Assembly (NCBI GenBank): GCA_951406725.2
Contig: OX597814.1
Coordinates: forward strand, 69,626,001-69,690,000
DNA: 64,000 bases
From: Octopus vulgaris
Lineage: Eukaryota
Reading direction: 5' to 3'
Shown here: piece after piece, positions 12,700 through 26,635 of the stretch
How the letters are laid out: the number at the start of each line of letters is the position of its first letter
How positions within the stretch are numbered: the stretch's first letter is position 1
Notes under the pieces: generated by a model
Seen by the model: the letters and a program-made list of their open reading frames with translations, nothing else
What the model was told of the DNA's origin: nothing
Database searches by the model: none
Translations under genes and position numbers: made by a program

Positions 12700-15600
12700 T
12701 TACAATGTCTGCCAAATGCACATGAGAGTTTTCTTTTCATATGCAAAATGCTGTCTCCCTGAGATGCTTGAACGGAGGCATGTAGATTTGTGTTGCATCC
12801 AAGAAGTAAAGGAGGTTCTGCTAGGTTCCTTACAGGCAAAGAGCATAGATATAAGATTTTCTGGGTATGGAATAGTGGTGGGGTTGGGGGCAACAGTATA
12901 CTCCTTGTTGAGAAATGGGTTGATAAGGTAATCAAGGTAGTCAGAGTCTGTGATAGACTACTTAAGCTTTGACTAGTGCTGCAACATGGAACAGCAACCA
13001 TTATCTCAGCCTATGTCCTTCAGCCAGGTCTACCTGATAAACAGAAAGACCTATTTTCTGACACCTTCTTGCACACTACCTCATCAACGAATTACAGGGA
13101 CCTTCTCTTTGTGGCTGGCAACTTCAATGGGCATGTTGAACAACATCCAGGTAGCTTCCATGGTGTGCACTGAGACAACGGATTTGGTTCCTGTAATGAG
13201 GAGGGAACCAGGCTGCTGGAGTTCTGTGATGCAAATGATCTGATAATCTGCAATACTAAGTTCAGGAAACCTGCCAGCCACTTGTTCACCTACCAATCTC
13301 GTAGGCACACTAGTCAGATTGACTACATTTTCACCAAGAAATGAGAAAGATGGCCACTTATAAATGCCAAAACTTACCCAGGTGAAGAATGCACCCCACA
13401 ACAAAGGTTGTTGTTAGCAACTTCAGGAGCAGGACCAAAAACAACCAGTGTGGAAAAGAAAGGTCTAGAAGCTTAAGGATCCTCTGAATGGACAGAGGTT
13501 TAGAGATGTATTACTTGAAGCTTTTGATGAAAAAGAGGGGGATATAGCATCATATAATGTGGAAGACAACTGGAAGTTCCTATGGGACAACCTGTTGAGG
13601 GCTACTGACCAGGTCTGTGGCAAGTGCAAAGTCTCCTCTTGACCTAAGGTGACATGGTGGTGGAACATTATAGTTGACAAGGCCAGTAGAGAAAAGAAAC
13701 AAGACTGGAAGTGTGCTGATAGCAGGGAAGTGTATCAGATAACCAAAAGGGAAGCTAGGAGAAAGGTACACTTAGCCAGAGGGGAAGCAGAAAAGAAGAG
13801 GTCTGCCAATGTTCTGTGTCATGAAGACTAGAGACTCGAAGTGTTTCAAATTGCAAGACAGTGTGTGAGAGAAAATCTTGATTGTCCACATGGATGATGG
13901 TTCACTTGTATTTAATGATGCTGCAAAGAAAGAGACTTGGAAACGCTATTATGAAAGGCTACTAAATGAAGAAAATGAATGGGAGAAACAGTGTCTGCCA
14001 AATGTTGACCCAACTGAGGGACCAGCTTTCTGAATTGACTGTACCTTGGTAGATAAAGCAATTAAAGATATGAAGACAGGGAAAGCCTCCAGCCCACCAG
14101 GAATTACTGCTGAGATGCTTAAAATATTTGGCAGTGTAGGCTATGGGCTTGTCACCCATGTAGTTAACCAGGTGGTACACAAAGGAGTTATACCTAATGA
14201 CTGGTGTAGCAGCACCATAGTCAACTGCTAGGAAGGTAAATCTGTGCCTTAAGATAGAATTACAGAAATATCAAATTGTCGCATCAGGTGATGAAAGTTA
14301 TAGAGAGGGTTGTAGCCTAACTAGAGAGAGTTAGTTTAGATGAGATGCAGTTTGGTTTTGTGCTAGGGAGATGCACCACTGATGCTATTTTTCTGGTAAG
14401 GCAACTGCAGGAGAAATACCTAGCCAAAGATAAACCTCAGTACTTGGCTTTTGTTGACATAGAGAAAGCCCTTCACAGGGTACCCTGATCCCTTATCTGG
14501 TGGTCAATGCAGAAACTAAGGAAAGATGAGTGATTGGCGAGAGCTGTACAAGCCACTTACAGAGATGCTGTCAGTAAGGTGAGGGTTGACAATGAGTATA
14601 GTGAAGAATTCAGGGTACAAGTTGAGGTTTACCAAAGATCAGTCCTCAGGCCTCTCTTATAGTCCTCCAGGCAATAACAGGAATTCAAGACAGGCTGCTC
14701 CTGGGAGCTCCTTTATGCTGATGACCTGCTCTTATAGCTGAATCAATACCAGAACTAGAGAAGTTTCAAGTACGGAATCAAGGTCTAGAATTGAAGGGCC
14801 TTAGAGTTGACCTAGCAAAAAACAAAGTCTTAATAAGTAGGAAAGCAGACAAATCACAAATCTCTTCAGGTAAAGGGCCAAGCTTGATCACTAGTAAAGG
14901 TGAAGGTAGAAACTCCGTAAGATGTACCCAGTGTAAGCTATGGACACATGTGGTGCAGAAATATCAAAGGAAGGTTAACATGCTAGGGGAAAAACTAGTA
15001 ATTGATAGCTTCCATTACCTAGGTGACAAGGCAGTAGTTGGGGTGGATGCTCCAAGAGAATAGCTGCTAAAATAAGAATTGGCTGGGCAAAGTTCAGAGA
15101 GCTAGTAACAAAGAGTCTCTCACTCGGAGTGTAAGGCAGATTGTATGATGCCTGAGTGCGAATAGCCATGCTACACAGCAGCGAAACATGGGCTGTGACT
15201 GCAGAGGACAAGCATAGGCTTTTAAGAAAAAGGCTAGTATGCTTCACTGGATGTGTAATGTCAGTGTGCATGCACAACAGAGTATAAGCATCTTGAGATA
15301 AAAGTTGGACATAAGAGGCATCAGATGTGTTGTGCAAGAGAGATGACTGCACTGGTATAGTCATGTGATGCATATGATCAAGGACAGCTGTTTGAAGAAG
15401 TGTCACACTCTAATGGTAAAGACAACCTATGGAAGAGGTAGATCCAAGAAGACATGGGACAAAGTGGTAAAGCACAATCTTTGAATGTTGGGCCTCATGG
15501 AGTCAATGACAAGTGACTGAGACCTTTTGCGATATTCCTTGCTTGAGAAGACCCATCAAACCAAGTGAGATTGTAGTTGTGGCCAATGCCAAGTGTCATG

Positions 15601-16030
15601 TAACTGGCCTGTTAAAAGCACCTGCCAAATGGTGGATGATATGCTGTGCTTGTGAAGGCCTGTTGAGCTAAGTGAAATCATAATTGCGGCCAATGTCATC
15701 TGACTGACACCCAAGGCAGTGGCACATAAAAAGAACAGTTTGAGCATTGGGCTTCATGGAGGCAGTTACAGGTGACTGAGACCTTTGACAATATATTATG
15801 TAAGACTGTAGTGGTGGCCAATGCTGATGTCAGGTCAATGGCATCCATGCTGGTGGCACGTTAAACACACCCATACACCCTCAGAGTGGTTGGCGTTAGG
15901 AAGGTCTTCCAGCTGTAGAAACCTTGGCAAATCAGATCAGAACCTGGTGCAGCTTCCCGACTTAGCAGTTTTTAATCAAACCATCCAGCGCATACCAGCA
16001 TGGAAAATGGACATTAAATGATGATGATGT
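12700..16030 (+). mobile_element. Near full-length degenerate RTE LINE (APE endonuclease + RT + 3' UTR)
   Basis: DLCCIQE, AGNFNGHV, SQIDY (APE); KAS.PPGI, QFGF, LYADD (RT); many stops; 5' boundary approximate. Confidence 0.9.
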
Positions 16031-16678
16031 TGATATTCCTTGCAAATATAGGTAATTTTATAATTTTGCAAATGTCAATATTTTCCCCTAAAATGTTTTC
16101 CAACATCTCAACAAAGGCGAGTTATAAATGCTGGACACATTTGTTTGAAATTATTTAATAAATTTAAATGAGACAAGATCATTACCATTATTAGAAGTAC
16201 TTGTTTTTGTTCTATTCAAACCTGTACTTTACAAATATTTGGAAGTATATGCTGTTTTATTACGCTGAATTAGAGTATCATTTAGCCAAATGTAATGTAG
16301 TGGTGTAGTTAGATAAATAGTTGAACGATCTCCCTTGCAAGAAAGATCATAGAGTAACCTCCCTTTTCTCAAAGTGTCTGTGTCATGGGACGTGAATCTT
16401 AATTATTCAAGAAGCTTAGCTTTTCTCATGGGAGTTTCTAGAATGTCTAATAATAAAAACAGCTTTCGAACCCATCTTTTTGCTTATTAGTTGATTAGAC
16501 TTAGAGCCATCCATGTTGTTGCTATGTCCACCACCACTTAGCTGTTATTCTACATTTTCTGTCTCTGAACTTTCTTGCATAGATTACTTCATTCATCTAG
16601 CTTCTACAATTTGATTCCATGTACCATCATCGAAAGAAGAATAAAATATATTTGCATGTAGTAAATATGCAGCAAACC

Positions 16679-16973
16679 CTAGTGAACTTCCTCTCTCTAT
16701 TATATATACATACATTCAAACGTAGCAGATAACAGCTAACCTTTGGCCACTGTTGTGTCCACTACTCTGATTGGTTGATATTGGCAAAATTTGTCTCTTA
16801 CTCTGCGATTGGTTAGGTTGCATATTGGCGCACAATAGAGTAAGGGACAAATTGCGCCAATATCAACCAATCAGAATGGTGGACACAACAGGGTCCAAAC
16901 AGCAGCCAAAGGTTAGCTGTTATCTGCTATGTTCGAATGTATGCATATATAATAGAGAGAGGAAGTTCACGAG
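16679..16973. mobile_element. Foldback MITE with ~125-bp TIRs
   Basis: ctagtgaacttcctctctctattatata.. versus ..tataatagagagaggaagttcacgag. Confidence 0.8.
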
Positions 16974-17020
16974 TTCACTACAGACAGCTTTCTTTTGCTC
17001 CTGCATGCTAGCACCTGCAG

Positions 17021-17200
17021 CCTCTGCAAGCAACTCACCGCTCTTGCAGGCTTACAACACTAGCCTCTACAAGTGACCCACTGCTCTTGCAGGCTTACAA
17101 CACTAACCTCTGCAAGTGACCTACTGCTCTTGCAGACTAACAACATTTTTTTTTCCACTACAAGTGACTCACTGCCCTTGCAGGCAAAGTCTTGGCACTA
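17021..17200. repeat. ~43-bp minisatellite, 3-4 units
   Basis: cctct(g/a)caag..gctcttgcaggcttacaacacta repeated. Confidence 0.75.
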
Positions 17201-17431
17201 CTCATGTCTCAGCAGCCAGCATTGCACCTCAAGCACTTTGACTTTTGCATCCTGTGATTTCCAGTTTCCTGGACAGTTGTTATCACTTTTGCATGTCAGA
17301 CATTCTGTGTCTCAGACTATTTACATTTCTTAACTTTGCCTTGCCAGTGAACGGACTGAAGAATAGACTTATGTTGTTATAGACAATGCATTCACATTTT
17401 CTCTCTTTCTGTATCATTGTACATATATGTG

Positions 17432-17843
17432 TGTATGCCTGTGTTTGTCCCCTAGCATTGCTTGACAACCGATGCTGGTGTGTTTAAGTCCCCGTCACTT
17501 AGCGGTTCGGCAAAAGAGAACGAAAGAATAAGTACTGGGCTTACAAAGAATAAGTCCCGGGGTCGATTTGCTCGACTAAAGGCGGTGCTCCAGCATGGCC
17601 AATTGGTAGACGGAAACTGAAAGAAGCCTGTCGTATATATGTATATGTATATATATATGTATGTGTGTGTGTTTGTGTGTCTGTGTTTGTCCCCCTAGCT
17701 TAGCGGTTCGGCAAAAGAGAACGATAGAATAAGTACTGGGCTTACAAAGAATAAGTCCTGGGGTCGATTTGCTCGACTAAAGGCGGTGCTCCAGCATGGC
17801 CACAGTCAAATGACTGAAACAAGTAAAAGAGAAAAGAGAAAGA
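17432..17843 (+). mobile_element. Two tandem 5'-truncated OK-like SINE copies
   Basis: cttagcggttcggcaaaagag..ccagcatggcc twice; taaaagag tail. Confidence 0.85.
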
Positions 17844-18410
17844 GATATGTTTTGTTCTATTTGATGGACACTTTTCTTTGCTGAACATTCTTCCTTGTTG
17901 TTCCTGTTTTGTTCATACTTAAAAAAATATTTTTACTCAACATTCATACATACACACATATATGCTGTCTGCCTCATGGTATCCACTCTGACACATTTCT
18001 ATATTTATTCTAGCAGAAGGTTTTTCTCGAGCCTTTTCTCATCCGGCAAAAAAAAAGCTCCTTGCATATTTTTGTCGTGTGTTTCTTCTCTGGTTTGTAG
18101 GACGTACAAACCACCTCTTCTAAACGCATCTTTCCTTGCATCACATAGTGTTCCAAGCATTTTCTTCCTTTGGTGCCTAATCAACATCAAGTTTCTTGCA
18201 TGTTGGAATTTCTTTCTTTCACCACCATCTTTATGGCTTGACTCGCTTTGCTAGTCACTGTTGCTTTGCTAGCATCTACAGCCTTTGCTTCTGCAAACAA
18301 CTCACTGTTTTGCAGGCAAATTCTTGGCACTGCACATTCTCACAGCAGCCAATGTTCTCTCATTTACCTTAATTTTTCGCATTCCCGTGATTTCCACTTA
18401 GCTGAACATA

Positions 18411-18790
18411 CACTTGCGTCAGAAATTAATTAGCACTTCTCAAATTTCTACATTAAATAGGTTAAATCAATTAACCTATGAGCTGTTCAAAACGTCTTAC
18501 GCGATGAGAAAACTTAGTATGGTGTGATTTCGGTCCTTGCGAGGCGCTACCTATATCTATTAAACAAAGGAAAATTTGTCTGCATCCGCACTCCAAGTTG
18601 TTGTTGCACTGCTATGTCAACATCATAAGGCTGTAGACTCTCAAACTGCTCTGCAAACAAAGTTACGTCATCGTTCTGCGCAACAGTGAACTCGCAACAA
18701 AGCAATAGTTCGAGATATGGCCACTAGGTGACAGCACATACCTTGAGTGAAGAGCAAATCAAGGGTGCTAATTAATTTCTGACGGTAGTG
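18411..18790. mobile_element. Tc1/mariner-type MITE
   Basis: TA|CACTTGCGTCAGAAATTAATTAGCAC ... GTGCTAATTAATTTCTGACGGTAGTG|TA. Confidence 0.85.
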
Positions 18791-18911
18791 TAGGTTCATC
18801 ATGTTTGCACATCAAGTTTTGCTGGCTACACAACTCTTTTCACCTCTTCATTACAGAAATATCTTCCTTTTATCAGCTATTTTGTCTCCCACAAAATGAC
18901 TTGTGGGGGAT

Positions 18912-19080
18912 CACTAGTGAACTTCCTCTATCTATTATATATACATATACTCGAACATAGCAGATAACAGCTAACTTTTGACCACTGTTTAGACCCTGTT
19001 GCGTCCACCACTCTGATTGGTTGATATTGACACAATTTATCTCTTAATCACCAATATGCAACCTAACCAATCACAGTCTC
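18912..19080. mobile_element. Truncated, oppositely oriented copy of the 16.7-kb foldback MITE
   Basis: Same TIR; internal ccaatatgcaacctaaccaatc is the reverse complement of the first copy's spacer. Confidence 0.75.
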
Positions 19081-19699
19081 CAAATAAATCACGTGAGACA
19101 GTTTATTCTAAACTCTAATTTTGAGCCTACCATTAGCTATTATAACTCATCTCCTCCTAGTCTCAAGATTTGTTGGTTCCAGATTTTCTAAGGTCTAACC
19201 ACTGACCACACGACAGCATTGCAGCGATCTCTGTCTTCGTCACCTCATGTCTCTTACCAACATTGTCAACAACATCTCTATACAGCACCAACAACACTGC
19301 ACAGGTTTTAATATGACCGCTGTTCATGAGCTACCTCACCATGGTTAACAGCAAATATACAACCCATGCTGATGCATGTAGATATATGAATAAATGTTCA
19401 TCAAGCAATTTCCATTTACCATTCAGCTTGTATATATACATGTGGCCAGCATTAAAGTTACCAGCTTGTTCCATGTTTTTCTTTATACCTTGTTCCTGTC
19501 AAATGATATTACAACTTTCTGAGTAGAGTCACATCAGATGGTTCCACAACCTTATTCATCTAAAAATATATAGATCTTGAATTTATTTTTTCATCTCTCT
19601 TGTAATATCATACACACAGCCACATGAACACCTTGTACTGACTATATATTTCACTACAGTACTTTCAGTCACTTCAAATCAACATTAGCTACAAACACT

Positions 19700-20760
19700 G
19701 TGCCCTGGAACTACTCATACATGTCACACACTTCAATATCTCTTTACTACAGGGACTTACTTTGATCTTTGGAAATATACTACAGTGTGTCCCATTCTCA
19801 AGAAAAGAAACTCTCTAACTGTCACCCTATTACACCTACTTCTAATAACTTTAATGTAACCCATTAACAATGACATCCTCCAAAGCTCTGAATATCTCTC
19901 ATTCGTTAATGGCCAGTCAGACATTATTCAAAACCATTACCTTCCAGTAGGCTCTTAATTTAGCAGAGTTTGATGGAAGCAACAGACCTTTTGACAGTGT
20001 CTGGCATGTGAATTTTCAATCAAAACTTTTTGCCAAGAGCCTCTACCTTCTCTAACTGGAAGTTTTCTAACATATTGCACTTTGCCACATGTGTTGATGG
20101 AGTTTTTTTATCCCTTATTTCATCAACTCCACAGTGCATCACAATTCAGTTTTGTTCCCACACTTGTCCCTATATAAAGCAATAATTCACCCGCTATCAC
20201 ATCCAACATTCACTCTTACACAGATGACACTACTTTATTCCTCCCTAATATTTTCCAACCATGCATTATCCTCTTCTGACTGTATGCTAAGTCAAAACTG
20301 ATTCCATAAATAGAAACCCCAAAAACATCCTCTAATATGGATATGCCAATATTTTCCTTTTCAACAACAAGAAAACAGATACCACCCTACTCATTTAATC
20401 ATGAGCAATATTCAGCTAAAGCCTGACTGGGATGATGCTGCTACACACACTGATAACCTGGACTGCATCCAGAAAATGCCCATGTGACTGACTGGTGTAA
20501 AGTCACCCATAGACAAGCTTCAGCTCCTGGTTTGAAGGCATTCTCTCTGTCTCCTTTCCTTGGTTTCTATTTTTTTTACCACTACTATAATAATCTCTGC
20601 TGCTCAGACCTAGCTGTGCTCATGCCACCTTTATGCAGCTATTCCTATTCTTCTCATCTCTCCTCCATTCATTACTTGTGTCCAACCCCCAATCACAATG
20701 TCCAGCCCTTCTTTTCCAGAATGTCAGAAATTTCCTCCGTACTCAAATCTTCCCACAGGC
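19700..20760 (+). mobile_element. Highly decayed CR1/Jockey-group LINE RT remnant
   Basis: Residual PILKK, FDSVWH and YTDDT-like motifs. Confidence 0.45.
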
Positions 20761-20949
20761 GTTGATGTAAACTTGGTTCAAAAAGAATATTAATGACATT
20801 AGTCATACTGGTTAAAAAAGACTGGGCCTTTCCTTCAGAGCTGAAAGTAAGGTAAAAAAAAAGGGACTGGCAGATGTGTACCTTCTGACACAATGTAGGA
20901 AATAAAAGAGTGCTTCTGTATATATTTTATTGTTGTTGTTGCTAACAAC

Positions 20950-21049
20950 NNNNNNNNNNNNNNNNNNNNNNNNNNNNNNNNNNNNNNNNNNNNNNNNNNN
21001 NNNNNNNNNNNNNNNNNNNNNNNNNNNNNNNNNNNNNNNNNNNNNNNNN
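20950..21049. other. Assembly gap (100 N)
   Basis: Run of n. Confidence 1.
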
Positions 21050-21187
21050 AACCATATTTTCTATCAAGTTTTTAAGCTAAAGCATCTCTAAATAGACCAA
21101 ATCAAAAAAGGAACCAGAAAAAAGAGACATTTCCAGTCATGAATAGAAAGGACAGCAAACTAACATGCATTAATTATTTGTACTCAC

Positions 21188-21391
21188 AGTATCCAGTATA
21201 TCATAAGCATTTTCACATTTATAGTAAAATGGCTCCAAAGTGCAGAAGGATTCCCGATATTTTATTTGCTTAGCATCAAATATTGCAGTCTTCTTACGAA
21301 CATTATTGACTTCTGCAGCTTGTAAAGGAGCTACATACTGTTTGACAGTGATAGCAGTCTTCTTGGTGTTGTTCCATTTATCAGGAAGTTT
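21188..21391 (-). CDS. Dynein heavy chain exon (KLPDKWNNTKK...YDILDT)
   Basis: ttccag acceptor, ACT|gtgagt donor; 204 nt. Confidence 0.92.
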
Positions 21392-21641
21392 CTGGAAATA
21401 AAATTGATATATGTACATATATACAGGAATGTTGAGGCAAACAGGAAAAATACAACTTAAAATATGAGTATAGGCATATTTTTATTAATATTTAGCAGAA
21501 GTAGCAGAGTAACTCAAGGTCCAAGAGTTTCATGCATTGGCATTTATCAAACTACATGCAGGTTGAAGAGTCATGAGTTTATATAGCTGGCAATAAATAC
21601 ATTTCCTTCTGGATTGTTCTAGATCAAATTTTAGATATATA

Positions 21642-23450
21642 CTAGCAGAATTGCCCGGCGTTGCTCGGGGCTGAATTGCTTGAAAGTACTGTTAATGATT
21701 GCACTGAATTATGATGATTATTCAGGCAAATATTGATATAAGCTTACGGTGGGAGATAAGGACTTAACGATCAAACGTGTGCCATTGCATTGTTTTGGGA
21801 GAACCAAATTTCTGATGAGCATTATAGGGGCACCAACTTTAAATTTGAGAAAGTGTGGTGGTAGTCCGGGGTGCTCAAAGGAATTGAGTACCTCTATTGG
21901 ATAGTTGATGACGTCCTCTGGGTCAGGAGTTGTATCGATAGACTGATATACATAGACTTCCCCAGGAATGAGTTTTAGCATTTCATCATTAATATGGTGA
22001 ACAGTTTTATTCCTCGGGGCCAGTATAGCCTTTTTGCCAATCCAATCCATATTCTGATAATTAGCTTGTAGATCTGGGAACACTGCATCTCTGAGATCAG
22101 AAGGCGTCTTAACAATGGTACAAATGGAATCGATGGCAATATTACCATTTTCATCCCCTGGTATTTTGCCTTCGCCAAGTGCAAGGAGGGTGTGAGGAAA
22201 TGCTGCTGATGTGATATTACGTCGCATATGAGCACGCATATTGGTGTGAAGTTTGAGAGTTACTTCCGTTTATTTTTAAAATTATGCATGAAAATGGAAA
22301 AAAATGATGGTAAATTATTTGTAAAATCATAGACTCATCGTAGACGCGCGCTAATACCCAGAAGGGCTCGATATGAATCACGACTATAAGATACCTGGTT
22401 TTGGTTAAACTGCATCGCAAAATGTGGGAGTAGTTAGGAATCTAAATCGGAGTAGACAGACACACAACCTTTCTTTTATATATAAATATTTTCATCCTAA
22501 AAAACTTTGTATGGATTGAATGGTTACCTCTATGGAAATATATACACGCACATTATACATACATGTGTGTATAGATGAATATATAAATACATTTAAATAT
22601 CTATATACACTTTTGGGCGATCTTTCTGTTTCTTAGAGATAACTTTAGATCTTATTTTCGTCCTAAAAAACTTTGTATGGAGTGAATGGTTACCTCTATG
22701 GAAATATATACACACACGTTATACATACATGTGTGCATAGATGAATATATAAATATATTTATATATCTATATACACTTTTGGGCGATCTTTGTGCTACTT
22801 AGAGATAACTTTAGATCTTATTTTCGTCCTAAAAAACTTTGTGCGGAGTGAATGGTTACGTGTATGGAAATATATACACACACATTATACATACATCTGT
22901 GTATAGATGAATATATAAATACATTTAAATATCTATATATACTTTTGGGCGATCTTTCTGCTACTTGGATATAGGTCTTATATTCGTCCTAAAAAACTTT
23001 CCAGTAACACACTCACACACACGCACATACACACACACACACGCACCCTCAAACACACACACACGCTCACACACACACACGCACGTTAGCTTACAATTTT
23101 ATTTATATATTTGCGTGTCTATGTGTGTAAATAGGAAGTGGGAGGCAGAGTGAAAGAGTCACTCACTTCAGAAAGTGAATTACTTTCATTTTATTCGTTG
23201 CACACTGTGTGTGTGCGTTTGCGTGTGCTGTATCCCACACTAAGAGAAGCATTTGACTCATACACCTCAATGTGAGTTTTCTGTAAATTTTGCTTAATTG
23301 GGGTTGAAATTTTAAAAAGTGGACCTGGCACGACCCGATGCATTCTACTCTTAAAAATGCTAGGTAAATTGTAATTGAAGAAATCCTATATTGTAGATTT
23401 CTATAAGATACAAAGGGAGGCAGATAAAATCTGCCTTTTATAATAAGAGA
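21642..23450 (-). mobile_element. Non-autonomous Helitron with Pif1-helicase fragment and 3 internal ~165-bp repeats
   Basis: 5' TC, 3' hairpin CCCGAGCAACGCCGGG then CTAG, between A and T; ORF with KAILAPRN and PIMLIRNL..CNGTRL. Confidence 0.92.
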
Positions 23451-24247
23451 TATATATTTTACATACACACAAACACACACATAACAATATAAGATATATA
23501 TATCAGTCCAAGTCATATAAGACCATTGAGTCCAGTCTGTATAAGAAATAATGAAAGACATTATTTTTTTTAAATCCAAGAGTAGATATAATGGTTTTAC
23601 TTGTTTATGCAAGAGTAGACTAAAGGAAACAGTTAGCTTTATCATTAAGAATGTAAATATTGCTTTAAATGTAAGATATTTAAACAAATAATGGGTAGTT
23701 TGATGGGTGGTCACTGTAGCCCTCTATTAACAGATATATATTAATCTTCATGTGAATTTTGTTTTTTTTAGTGATTTATACCAAAGGAAAAAGATAGGCT
23801 TAGTTCAATATTTAGTGGCTGCTACAGATGAAAATGTTGGGCAACTATTTTAACTTTTGTTTAGGAAGTCAGTGAAATTTTGAGTATTTTCTAATTTTCA
23901 ATTTAGTGTAGATTTACAAAAGCATTAGATTTATTAAGAGTTGAATGTAATGTCATTCTTTTACATTTATCAGTAAGTTATATATGAGTATTGTGTATCA
24001 TTATGTACAATGTCACTTGCATTAAAGAGTAATTCAGGACTTCTACTCTTAAATTACAAATGGTCTTTTAGCAGTGAACAACAAATTAAGTTAAGTGATA
24101 AGCCTTTGTTTTGATACTATATTCTTCTTATATAATGAATATTTTTGTTACCATGTGCTTGTTTTAGTCAATTTTATTTTATATGCTTGTTTTCTAAGGG
24201 AAAATATTAGTTTAAATACATTTTCTATAATTAAAGTTTATATTTAA

Positions 24248-24431
24248 CCCTTTTTTTTACCATATTTCTGTTATAAATATAACAAAGAATTTAGTAAAAT
24301 AACCTAGTTATCATTAAGCTAGTGTTAAAAACATAAATTGTGGCTGAGGTTTGGTAGAAGATTTCAATTCACAACTTTTGAAAACAAGACATCTGTACTA
24401 TAAAGGCAGAGGCGGTTTGGTATCAAAAGGG
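24248..24431. mobile_element. piggyBac-like MITE
   Basis: TTAA|CCCTTT ... AAAAGGG|TTAA. Confidence 0.7.
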
Positions 24432-24689
24432 TTAATAGCAGTAGGTTTACCCTGATTTATTTCTATGTTGTAGCAATATTTCTATGTTGTAGCAATTGAT
24501 GCCTTTTAAAGTGATATGTCATTCCATATAGATTCCTTTCATTATTTAAAAAAATTATTTACTGGTTATTTTCATTACAATTTGGGTGTTTTAATCAATT
24601 TTATGGAGTTGTTTAGGTGGAAATATTCATTTCAATATATTTTCTATAAACTTTATATTTAATAAGTATTGGGTGGGTAGGTAGGCAGA

Positions 24690-25620
24690 ACAGATGGGAA
24701 ACTCTTCAACTTGGCCCATCTTCATACCTCCACCAAAATCAGGGAAATGTGTGTCAAGGAGCTGCTCAATGCAAATGACACAGCAGTCATGGCAAACAAC
24801 ATTGATGACATGCAATACATTGTGGACCAGTTTTCTTGTGCAGCAGAAATATTTGGTCTTAACACTTCAAAAACTGAGTTGCTCTACTAGCCCCCACCAA
24901 GATGTCCAAATAGATCAAGAGAGCCCTAGCCAGTGATGGTACATGTGGAGCCCCTAAAGTACACTAAGGCCTTTAGCTATCTCAGTAGTACAATGACTTG
25001 TACTAACTCATTTGACCTCAAAGTTGAGAGGCAAATACAGTCTGTCACAAAGGCTTTTGGCTCTCCCACGAGGCATCTATGGAGCTGCCATGACATTGCA
25101 TGCAGCATGAAGATAAGGGTGTACAGTGTCATGATGCTCCCTTTCCGTTTCTATGCCACAGAATGCATGGCCCTCTATCACAGATACATCAAGGCCCTGA
25201 AGTCCAACTTCATCATCTGAGCTCCATCTTGCATATTAGAAGGCAGGATCACATTCTTGATGTAGAGGTGCTGCATCATGCTGAAGTAGTTAGGGTGGAG
25301 GCCCTCATTACCACATCACAGGTGCACTGGGTGGGACACGTTTGCAAGATGGAGAATGGCAGGCTCCCAAAGGCAGCTTTCTATGCTGAACTATGTTGGA
25401 ATAGGCAGAGCTATGGTAGTCAGAGGTTGAAATACAGGGATGTGCTGAAGAAGCATATGAAGAACTTGGGCATAATCACCAGACACCCGGAATCACTGAA
25501 ACTTTTAATTCAAGTTACTGAGGAGAAACAACAGAGAGAATACAAAAGAGCAAATGAGGTCTCACTTCTCTATTGTGTCAAGTAGCTTCACTTGTGGCAG
25601 ATGTCATCGCTGCAGCAGAT
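24690..25620 (+). mobile_element. Degenerate RTE (BovB-like) LINE fragment
   Basis: FSYLSS, WVGHVCKMENGRLPKAAFYAEL. Confidence 0.75.
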
Positions 25621-25699
25621 CAAGAGCCTGTCAGAGATGATTACTGAAGAAGCACTCAACATTGACCTACACTGGAGAGCTGAAGAAAAATATGTATAT

Positions 25700-26150
25700 A
25701 TCATCATTTAGCGTCCATTTTTCATACTGACATGGGTTAGATGGTTTGACTGGGACTGGTAAGTCAGAGAGTTGCACTACTCTCCAGTTTGATTTTGCTT
25801 CATTTCTATTTCTAGACATCCTTTTTAATGCTAACCACTCCAAGAGTGTAGTGGGTGCCTCTTAGGTATCACTGGCTTTACTTGGCTTGACAAACAGAGC
25901 ATGTCTTCTCAAACAGAGCAAATCACCAAATGTCATAATCATTTGTCATCACCTCCATGAGACTTAACATCTGAAGAGCATCTTTTGCCACATCCCACGT
26001 CTTTCTGGGTCTACCTCTTCCACAGGTTCCCTCCACAGTTAGTGACTGGCATTTCTTTATGCAGCTGTCTTTGTCCTTACACATCACATGACCATACCAA
26101 TGCAGTCGCCTCTCTTGTACACCACATCAAATAGCTCTTACACTTTGTTG
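25700..26150 (-). mobile_element. Degenerate RTE 3' end
   Basis: Reverse complement of the RGRPRKTW region and 3' tail. Confidence 0.7.
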
Positions 26151-26591
26151 TACATGATGAAGTGCTTCTCTAATGTCTAAAACTGCAAACATTATGTAAA
26201 TTTTCAATTCTAATTTTTGCATAAATGTCTGTTGCAAATAGAGTTGGTACAGAAACAATCATAACAAATCATTAAAGATGTGTTAAAGAATTTTCTTTCT
26301 TTTCTTTTCATCATTTGGATTATTTACTCTTTGCCAAACCTACTTTATGGTGCAATCTTCGTGAAACTTGAATTTTCTACATCTGGAGAATTGCAGCTTT
26401 GGACTGGGACCCAACTGTTGATAGCCCAGTATTTTGGGTTGAGTGCTTTTCTGGAAATACCCTGACTTTACATCCTAACAGGGCCTAACTGTATATATAC
26501 AGGCATGTATGTGTGTGTGTGTGTATGTATATATATATATATGTATATATATATGTATATATATGTATATATATATGTGTGTGTGTGTATG

Positions 26592-26631
<40 letters not shown>

Positions 26632-26635
26632 TATG

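Noticed and set aside
21718-22239. Pif1 helicase ORF (and its twin at 58487-59008) as a host gene
   Set aside because: Fragmentary, intronless, and duplicated within Helitron termini.
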